Assembly (NCBI RefSeq): GCF_006345805.1
Contig: NC_043000.1
Coordinates: forward strand, 48,918,001-48,982,000
Origin: Octopus sinensis
Taxonomy: Eukaryota
DNA: 64,000 bases
Direction of reading: 5' to 3'
The notes under the pieces are model-generated. The model did no database searches and had not been told where the DNA came from. It was given only the letters and a program-made list of their open reading frames with translations. The translations under genes and the position numbers were made by a program. Shown here piece after piece: positions 53,788-64,000 of the stretch. Each line of letters starts with the position of its first letter. Position 1 is the first letter of the stretch.

Positions 53788-54239
53788 GTGGTGTGGAGTG
53801 TGCTTATGGTCATGTGTTACTGTTTCCTTTTATGTGTGTATATGTGTGTGTGTCTGTGAGTGCTTGTTTGTCCGCATTACCTATGTACCAGTCTATTTAC
53901 TTATCTATCTGTTTACTTACCTACCTATATAAATATACACTCGCATTCATAAAGGTTACTAAAAATCTACCTGCGCATGTATAACTCTGGGTATTGGGGT
54001 ATCACTACCTTCTACTTTATCTTCTATTTAGTACAGGGGAATTTCCTTTATGAGTACGTACTCCTCTGTTTGTCTGAGTTTTGGGTCCTTCAGGTGCTTT
54101 TATACAATGCGGTTGTCAAGTTGACCCAGTGTGTCTCCATGCTAGTCTTTGGCATGTTAGTAAAATATATTGTCTCAAAGGTTCATTTAACCTCTCCAAA
54201 ATGCTTCTAGATATCTTACCAATGTCATGATCTTGCCTT
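51998..54239. repeat. Giant near-perfect inverted repeat (~1.11-kb arms, AT-only centre ~53105-53130)
   Basis: 53127-54239 is the reverse complement of 51998-53107. The differences I could see are mostly single-base indels and microsatellite length changes. Confidence 0.95.
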
Positions 54240-54350
54240 AGATATAGATATGTTTCGACAATGATATGTTTCGACAACTTAGATATGTTTCGACCAATGA
54301 TTGGTCCAGGCCATGTCTAACTTATATATTTATATATATATATATGTGTA

Positions 54351-54383
<33 letters not shown>

Positions 54384-55129
54384 TGTTTGTATGTATATAT
54401 ATTTAAGTTCAAAGCTGAGTTTATGGTATAGCAAACTGAATAATATTTAAGTTATACTTTGGGAAGTGCTGACAATTTTCTCTTATACATTTCTTGAAGT
54501 AAAAGCTAATTTAATTTTTAGATCTTATATAGACGACAAATGCTGCTACCATATGTTACTGATGCTGTTATATTTAAGAGAATGAAAGGACATCTTTTTT
54601 TCAACTTGTTAGATTAAATATAAAATCGTGCCGACAAAATAAACAATAATTTATGATGTGCTTTACTGACACGATCTTTTCATGCTTGCCTTTTATTCTA
54701 TATGCTTTAATAATTTGTTTTTATATACATTTAAAATTTATTTTCTGGCGTGTCTGTGCTTTTACATTACGTTTGCTTCAAATGCAGCCTGAATGATACA
54801 GTTTATCAAGATTTTGTTTTGCAATGACTGAGAAAACTGATGACAGAACTGGAAATTACTGCAAAATGAGATTTGTAAAATAGCATTATTAATATGTTTA
54901 TTTTACTTAAGATTATAATATCATTTACGAAATGTATATATATAATCACATTACCTCGTTCATCTCTGGGTTCGTCTGAGGGAAGAGATATAGCAGTTAG
55001 ATAGTTAGGTATTACAGATTTCAACGAAAATACTAACTCTATTTTCTATATCAAACTCCCTTCATTAACATTCGCTCTACGCGCAAATGGCGTTGTCAGT
55101 TTTATTCAATTGACCATCTTAATAAATAT

Positions 55130-55197
55130 CGTATATATATATATATAATATATATATATATATAGATATATATATATAATATATATATATATATACA

Positions 55198-55242
<45 letters not shown>

Positions 55243-55575
55243 TATATCTATACATATATATACATATATATACATACATATATATATATATCTACATAGA
55301 TATATATATTATACTATATATACATAATATATACATACATATATATATATATAATATATATATACATATATATATGCATATATATACATATATATATGCA
55401 TATATATACATACATATATATCTATATATATATAATATATATATATATACATATATATATGCATATATATACATATATATGCATATATATAATATATATA
55501 ATATATATATATATTATATATATAACATATATATATATATATATAATATATATAATATATATATATATATATAAT
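55130..55575. repeat. Long degenerate (TA)n microsatellite
   Basis: Direct reading. Confidence 0.95.
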
Positions 55576-56467
55576 ATCGCATACATACTCGATGCATCAT
55601 AAATTGATGGATAATGTTTATGATGACCTTTCCTAGCGCAGAGATAAAATAATTCGGATTTCTTCGCAGAAACGAGCGTTGTAAGATATTTTCTTCCTTA
55701 CTGTAAACGTTATCTTTTAGCATGTCTAGAAAGACATTCTTTTGTAAAAGCCTTGAATGTCTTTTTCCCGTTCTGATTTCTATTCCTATTTTCAAATGAA
55801 TACCGTTAAAAAAAAAAGGCAGAGGGAAATAAACGATTTTCTGAGGCTACGAGCAAACGCAAAGCTTAATGAAAACAGAGATCGACCATTCCTGTTATTG
55901 ATCACCAATCTCATAGAGTTTGTTTTTCGAGATATTTGTAATGTCGTTGTGAATATCATCATCATGCATCACTTCCTGATATCACATAAGCTCAGGAAAT
56001 TGCCTTGCTATAAAGATGTAAGATGCTTCAGCAATAACTAGAAAACAATATAAAATGCAAATGTCATTTGCTATATGAAAACGTTCGCTATTTCATGAAA
56101 CATTTGTAGATATTAAAGATCGTCAACACTCAACCCACCTAAATTTGACTTGAATACAGAATACAGAACCCCATTACCGATAGTATATGCCAAAGTAAAA
56201 AAAAAAAAAGAAAAAATGTGTGGAAGTGTACGAAGGAAACCAAATTTATTTTCTTGTTGTATGAGTATTACTTCGCGGCAAATATATCTTCCCAATAAAA
56301 CAAGACGTTAAAAAGAAAATAGAGGGGGGCCAGAAGGATATGCATATACACATGTCCATACACAAACACGCATATACGCACAAGCATACGTGTATATATA
56401 TAATTATATATATATCCCCCTCTCTCTCACTCACTCTCTCTCTCACTCACTCTCCTCTCTCCTTTCT

Positions 56468-56538
<71 letters not shown>

Positions 56539-57126
56539 TGTAATATATATATATATATATATATTATGTAATATATATATATATGTATGTATGTAAATAT
56601 ATATATATATATGTATGTAAATATATATATATATATGTATGTAAATATATATATGTATGTATGTATGTATGTATATGAAACACGGGCAGTAAAGTGCGAC
56701 ACGCGAACAAAATCAGGATTAATAAAGGGTTCAACACTCCACTCCCGTATCCAGTCTTGTACAACAGACACAGACTTCAGTATAGGCTAGTGTGAGGAAT
56801 ACGGGCCAATTAATATGAAAATAATAACAACCCAAAAACAAATATGATATTCAAAGCTCACGCTGTATTCTGCTTATCACACACAGACACACACAAACAC
56901 ACACACACACATAGAATTGGTATAACTCTTTAACTTGTACAACGATCGTTTAGGGGGATGTTAATTACTGAATGACCATCCCTGAGTTGAATCTACATTT
57001 CTTAACTATACCGTTAATACATTTAGGAAACGTGTGAGGCTCATTTTTCCTTGTATACTGTACAAATCAACGAAAGCTGTTAAATTCTGATGTTAACAGG
57101 CGGGTTCAATGATACATACGTTGTAC

Positions 57127-57208
<82 letters not shown>

Positions 57209-57214
57209 CATATA

Positions 57215-57479
57215 CACAAATATAGAGAGAATCCACTATGTGGACACTCTTACGCTACAGATAGATCCGCAAGTGTCTCGGCCATAAAGAATTGTTCTCA
57301 GGAAAAATTTAGCACACTAAGAACGTAAGCGAGCAACACAAATGAAAAATAACAAAAAAAACAGATTAACCCCATGTATGCTAAATTTTTCTTGAGAACA
57401 ATTCTTAGTGGTTGAGATACTTGCGGATCTATCTCTAGCGTAAGAGCGTCCACATAGTGGATTCTCCCTCATATTTGTG
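57215..57479. mobile_element. MITE with ~100-bp imperfect TIRs and TA flanks
   Basis: cacaaatat.gag.gagaatccactatgtggac...aaatttagca is mirrored by tgctaaattt...gtccacatagtggattctccctcatatttgtg. TA at 57213-57214 and 57480-57481. Confidence 0.7.
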
Positions 57480-57554
57480 TATTAATAATATTTACTGAAT
57501 CTCAGTCTGTTATGCGCTAGATCACTAGTGTTTAAATTTTTTCACATTCATTTT

Positions 57555-57595
<41 letters not shown>

Positions 57596-58079
57596 GAATG
57601 AAGGAAATGGAAAATGAATTTAGCATTCTCCTTTTCCCTCAACATAAACTCAACAAACACTGCGGAATTCCTGACGTAGATCCAGTGACAATATTATCGC
57701 AACTGTGGATGATATCAGGTAGCCTAAACAGTGAAAGTGCTTTAATCAGTATACTATTGAACATATACCCAAAGTCCACATAATTATTTATGTGTGTGTG
57801 TGTGTGTTTGTGTATTTATAGCAGTTTGACTCAGCTAGATGTGATAAAAGTAGTCGTGGTTCTCGAAAATGCTGAGCAGTACGTTAGACATGACTTTGAC
57901 AGAAGTTGCTGAGCTATTGTTATACTGAATACAATACTGCCTTATATGCTCCACTGTGTTATGTCGTTGGCTTCCTCTCATTAAAATTTTTACTCTTTGT
58001 CACTATACTGGTTGAATTGTTTTGCTTACCTAGTTACTTAGGATAGTGAAGAGTCGTATAATTTACTAGTCTGTCGTGA

Positions 58080-58230
58080 GTATGATTTAAAGGGTAGTTT
58101 TGCAGCCAAGCGATTTCCATTTCAGCCCACTACGTTGCATCTTGGGCTACCGTTTAACACTAAATTGCTGGGTCGGCCAATGCTTTGTGAGTGAATTTGG
58201 TTGGCGAAAACTGTGTGGAAGTGTGTCGTT
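58080..58230 (+). mobile_element. SINE family B, partial
   Basis: ttcagcccactacgttgcatcttgggc...ggtcggccaatgctttgtgagtgaatttgg..cgaaaactg. Confidence 0.6.
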
Positions 58231-58467
58231 AGGAAATTTTATACTATATTGATGTATATGCAAAACAATTTTAGCTTATCAGGTATCATTTAAGTGCGTG
58301 TGCGGTGTATATATTATATATATATATATATATAATATATATATATCTATATATATATATATATTCATGGTATATCATATGCAATATGTATAATACATTA
58401 CAGGCAATATATAATATACACGAAATACGCATGCATGCATACATACATACATACATACATACATACA

Positions 58468-58505
<38 letters not shown>

Positions 58506-61134
58506 ATATAATACATGAGCGTGTGTGTGTGTGCGTGATACACATGCTAATAGTTATTGCTATTACTGCAACAACTTCAGATACTAACAATAATATCAAT
58601 AATCTTAATATCAATAATTCATTGATATAGTTCTTAAGACTAGAATATGTATATTAATCAACGGATCCTTCATCACTTTGGAACACTTACTGTAGTGAAT
58701 AGATATATATTTAATCATTCAATACAGTCTGTAAGGAAATATAAATGGAATTTAAAATCCTTTCTTGAAGTTTCTAATAGTGGCATTAAAGAAATCTATT
58801 AAGTTTCGTAGCATTTTGAAGTTCAGTTTCTAAAACGCCTCCGAAGTCTCTTGTTGAATAAGGAGCATATAAAAGCTACAGGCTAATTCCAGATTCGTGA
58901 CTTATTAACTCTTCACTTTTATGTCGAAATATCAATAGATTTTAAGAGTTCTACTGCATTCATCTGCTCTATGTAAAGAATTTATAGCTATTTATATGTT
59001 CGATGTCTTTGTTGACTTTTAAAGTTGTTGTTTATTTCATTATTTCAATTTAGATTATGGGTGGAATCAACTAAAAGGTAAGCTTCTATGCAATTGGGGA
59101 AATTCTTCAGTTCATAAATTCTAAATAAACAGCTTTATTATGATATATTGATACTAAAGTCATGGCCTTTAATTTAATGGCGCAAAGGCATTTTCCTTTA
59201 TTCATGCTACACAAAGCATATTGTGTTTCCTGCTTCATAAGGTTTTACCAGTGATAAAAATAAACATCATTTTGTATCAGAAAAATATATATACAGGTTT
59301 AACTTTTTGTATTAAATAACTGGCACTTAATATGAAAGCTTAATATGAAATATTCCACCCTTTATTCATGTCGTTGTGGTTATTTTGTATTTTAAGATTA
59401 ACCAATATCTAATATAATTAAAGGGAGTATACGCGTAGTGAGAGATACAAAAATGTTGATACACGATATATTGGCTTTGTGCAAAAGATTAATTATGATT
59501 GAAGTATGACTAAATGGCGGAACTTATTGCTTTTCCACTCGTGGTATGCAATTTTAGATCTATCATTTATAATTTTATGTAAAATTCTTATCTTGTGCGA
59601 TAATATATAAATTGAATCATAATCCAGTAAGCTATTTCATGAATTATGTCGGTGAAATTATATTTGGGTAATTTTTTTCGTACAGCCTTTTATAAATTAT
59701 ACTGGGGTAATGTACAGTAGATCTGGTGTTGCTAAAGAGTTACCTTGCTTTGCAACCGTATGGTTGCAGTTACAATATCACTGCTGGTAACTTGACTAAT
59801 TTTCTTTACAGTGAAAATTTTTGAAACCCCATTATGCTTACACACGCGCACGTCTACGCCACAAGCGCATACACACAAACATACACTCGCACAAATACAC
59901 ACGCACATACATACATGCATACATACGGACATATATCAGTGAAGGAAGTACATTTTTGTGAAGAAGGCAAAGCGCCTGCGCTTTCCAGTGAAAATACATT
60001 TGGTGTTTATTTCTCACCACACTCGCTCTCAAAATGGAACTTCACTCGCTGCAAATTATTGTCTGGATATATAAAATTAAGATATAGTGTGATTGAATGC
60101 AATTTATAAAACTAATTTAAGTCAATGCTAAACTCATAATAAAATACTGTAGCACAAAACAATTATAGTTCCAACTTCGCTGGCGAGTAATTAACTTTTG
60201 CAAGCAGTTATCGCTAATATTCGTATTTTTAACGTTAATTATTTTATGATAATGATCAACTTACAAAACGCATCTCTTTTTGTTTAATGATCCTCTGAAT
60301 CGACAATATCAGTTAGAATCCTACAATCTCCACTGATTTTATATTCCTGTACTTATACACTCTTCCTTTTACCGAAAACAGGCCGAGAAATCAACGGAAA
60401 CGAAATCTGATAATTAATGAAATAACTACTTGAATAAGATATTAATTCATATAGCATCTGTTTACAACTGACACAAAGTCATGAGCCTATACTACAAGAC
60501 TGTCAGTTTATTAAAGCTTAAATAAGTGTACTTGTCAATGGTTTTACTCGTTGCCGATAGAGTTATCAATAAACATAATACCCACCAAAGTATTCATTAT
60601 GTATTATATCGCTATGAAACTTGAATGCTTTCTGGAAAACGTCCGTCTTAAGGTTTGTCAAACAATATTCCAGCGAGTTCGTATGTTTTAACGGAAATCC
60701 CGTCGTTTTAATATGCAGATAAATGTGTGTGTGCTGTGTGTATGCTTGTGTGAGTGCGAGCAGGCGAGCACATTTCTAAACACGAACGAGTCTCTGAGTA
60801 CAAATAAAAGATCAAACTACGATTAAAAACAAATATGTGATGAATTTGATCGACGACACGCTTTGGGGCGGTGCCCTATGGTCGCAATCCAATGACTGAA
60901 ATAATTAAATAATTGGGCGATTAGCATATAAAATGATATTTTGTAAATATTTGAAGCCGACAGTATTTTGTTGGGAGACTTACAATTCATTCATACATAC
61001 ATACATATATACATACATATATACATTCATATATACCTATACATATATACCAACGGACGCGTACTCACACATATATATATATTCAAATAGGAATACATAT
61101 ACGATACATACAAATATACACTCTTGATATATAT

Positions 61135-61216
<82 letters not shown>

Positions 61217-61219
61217 ATA

Positions 61220-62474
61220 TCTTATTATAAAAGGCAGATTTTATCTGCCTCCCTTTCGGAGTTATACAAATCTACAATATAGGATTTCTTCAATTACAAT
61301 TTACCTAGCATTTTTAAGAGTACAATGCATCGCGTCATGCCAGTCCAGTTTTTAAATTTAAACTCCAATTAAGCAAAATTTACAGAAAACTCACATTCTG
61401 GTGTGTGTGTCAAATGCTTTTCTTAGTCTGGTTTACACCACACGCAAACGCACACACACAGTGTGCGACGAATAAAATGGAAGTAAATAGCGACAGAGTG
61501 ATTTGAGGAAGACTAAAGTGAAAGTATTTAAACCACTACTCAAAAAATAAAAAAACACAGCAAACAGAAACAAATAAATACACAATTCTTCAATTAGAGT
61601 TTACCTAAGATTTTTCAGAGTACTTCAGTGGGTGATGCCATAAAAATTTCTTTCAATTTTACCACCAATTAAGACAAAATTCGAGAAAACTCAATATTTT
61701 AACATATCACTCCGAAAGCATTGATGTACATGTGTGCGTGCGTGAGTGTGTGTGTGTCATTCCTCACACACACGCATACACATACATATACAACTACATA
61801 CAACTACATACACATACAACTACATACAAACACGTGTGTGTTTGTTATTAGTAAAAAAGGCGCCAAATCACAACTCACTTATCATTCCAACACATTTGCA
61901 AAGACACCGGACGGACAGAAAAGGTAAATTGGTTTTTTTTACTCATTTCCTATTGTGTTTTCAAAATTTGTAATTCTGACAAAAATGGATACGAATTTCA
62001 TTATATCAAGCAGCGAGTCAGAATTCGAAGGATTTTCTACTGAAGACCTTCATAAATTCACTCTATGACTGAAAAAAAAAAGCATCTTATATAAGAGTGA
62101 AGTTGTGTGTCTGTCTCCTACGATTTAGATTCCTAACTACTCCCACATTTTGCGGTGCAGTTTAACCAAAAGCGGGTATCTTATAGTCGTGATTCATATC
62201 GAGCCCTTCTGGGTATTAGCGTGCGTCTACGATGAGTCAACAATTTAAAAAAATTTACCATCATATGTTTCCATTTTAATGCATTTTTTCGCTTTTATAT
62301 AAGGGAAGTAACTCTCTAAAAATATCTACGATGTGTCAACGATTTTAAAAAAAGTTACCTTAATTTTTTTTCAATTTTTAATGCATTTTTTGCTATTTTT
62401 GGGCTATAACTCTCTAAAAATGCTTATATAGTTATTTCCCTTACAACCCGAGCAACGCCGGGCGATAATGCTAG
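61220..62474 (+). mobile_element. Non-autonomous Helitron, copy 1
   Basis: A|TC 5' end. 3' GC hairpin CCCGAGCAACGCCGGG (62447-62462) followed by CTAG at 62471-62474. No TSD. Confidence 0.85.
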
Positions 62475-63908
62475 TCTTATTATAAAAGGCAGATTTTATC
62501 TGCTTCCCTTTGTCTCTTATAGAAATCTACAATATAGGATTTCTTCAATTACAATTTACCTAGCATTTTAAAGAGTAGAATGCATCGGGTCGTGCCAGGT
62601 CCAGTTTTTAAAATTTCAACCCCAATTAAGCAAAATTTAGAGAAAACTCACATTGTGGTGTGTGAGTCAAGTGCTTTTCTTAGTGTGGGCTATAGCACAC
62701 GCACACACACACAAAAAGGGAGCGATCTGATTCACTCACGCTATCACTCTAATTTCTACGACTTTCTCTTTGCAAGTTTGCAACGATTAAAGTGAAACTA
62801 TTTCGATAAAACGAGAGAAGTGTACCTTAAACCACTACTAAAAAAAAAAACACAGCAAACAGAAACGAATAAATACATAATGATTTACTCCTCACACAAT
62901 TTCTTCAATTAGAGTTTACCCATGATTTTTCAAAGTACTTCCATTGGGTCATGCCATACAAAATTTCTTTCAATTTTACCTCCATTTAAGACAAAATTCG
63001 AGAAAACTCAATATTTTAACATTTCACTCCGAAGGCATTGATGTACATGTGTGCGTGAGTGTGTGTGTGTCATTCCTCACACACACGCATACACATACAT
63101 ATATGACAGTGACAAACACAAACGTTTCAAACAACTACATACAAACACGCGTGTGTTTGTTATTAGTAAAAAAGGCGCCAAAACACAACTCACTTCTCAT
63201 TCCAACACATTTGCAAAGACACACGGACGGTCGAATTGCTATAACAATACAGAAAAGGTAAATTGGTTTTTATTTTACTTTCTGTCGTTAAATTTTGGTA
63301 GTATTAATTGGCGAGCCGAGCTTGCAGTATGAAACAGTGTTTATGTATAAACAGACGACACTTATATATAGTTATTAATAAATGTATGCATCCGTTTAAA
63401 AGAAAAACCAAAAAATACGTTATTCTTTATAAATGTTGTGTTCAAAATAACATTTTCTTTTAAGAATGTGTATATAACAAAGTATGTGTATATAACTACG
63501 CGGCTTATATCTTTATATATAAAAGTGAAGTTGTGTGTCTGTCTCCTACGATTTAGATTCCTAACTACTCCCACATTTTGCGGTGCAGTGTAACCAAAAC
63601 CGGGTATCTTATAGTCGTGATTCATATCGAGCCCTTCTGGGTATTAGCGTGCGTCTACGATGAGTCTACGATTAAAAAAAAATTTACCATCATATTTTTC
63701 CATTTTAATGCATTTTCGTCGCTATTATATAAGGGAAGTAACTCTCTAAAAATGTCTACGATGTGTCAACGATTTTTAAAAAAAATTTACCTTGATTTTT
63801 TTTCCATTTTTAATGCAAATTTTTGCTATTTTTTGGCTATAACTCTCTAAAAATGCTTATATAGTTATTTCCCTTACAAACCCGAGCAACGCCGGGCGAT
63901 ACTGCTAG
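62475..63908 (+). mobile_element. Non-autonomous Helitron, copy 2 (head-to-tail with copy 1)
   Basis: Starts TCTTATTATAAAAGGCAG immediately after the CTAG of copy 1. Ends with the same hairpin (63881-63896) and CTAG|T at 63905-63909. Confidence 0.85.
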
Positions 63909-63910
63909 TG

Positions 63911-63960
<50 letters not shown>

Positions 63961-64000
63961 ATGTATATATATATATATGTATATATATATATGTATATAT

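Noticed and set aside
54247-54294. Three 13-bp direct repeats as a CRISPR-like array
   Set aside because: Eukaryotic context, repeats too short, 3-6 nt spacers, no cas genes.

Overview
Very AT-rich, microsatellite-dense animal genomic DNA. The repeat repertoire ((TA)n/(CA)n/(GATA)n/(TAA)n arrays, two abundant tRNA-derived SINE families, Dong/R4 LINEs in TAA repeats) suggests a cephalopod, probably Octopus; this is inference from recollection, not a database check. No host protein-coding gene could be recognised, so the window looks intergenic or intronic, and almost all ORFs in the track are microsatellite read-throughs. It is a transposon graveyard: three distinct Penelope-like (PLE) relics, two Dong/R4 relics, a Tx1/L1 relic, a piggyBac with TTAA TSDs, a mariner with TA TSDs, a rearranged mariner derivative, MITE-like hairpins, many SINEs and a head-to-tail pair of non-autonomous Helitrons. 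The strongest hidden signals are: (i) two inverted minimal type-I hammerhead ribozymes with a compensatory U3-A8 core at 140-176(-) and 566-603(+), plus decayed hammerhead-like motifs beside the other two PLEs; (ii) a ~2.2-kb near-perfect palindrome built from a PLE 3' end (51998-54239), which may be real or an assembly artefact; (iii) a composite tandem Helitron with an exact CTAG|TC junction. All coordinates and translations were read by hand and boundaries of decayed repeats are approximate.
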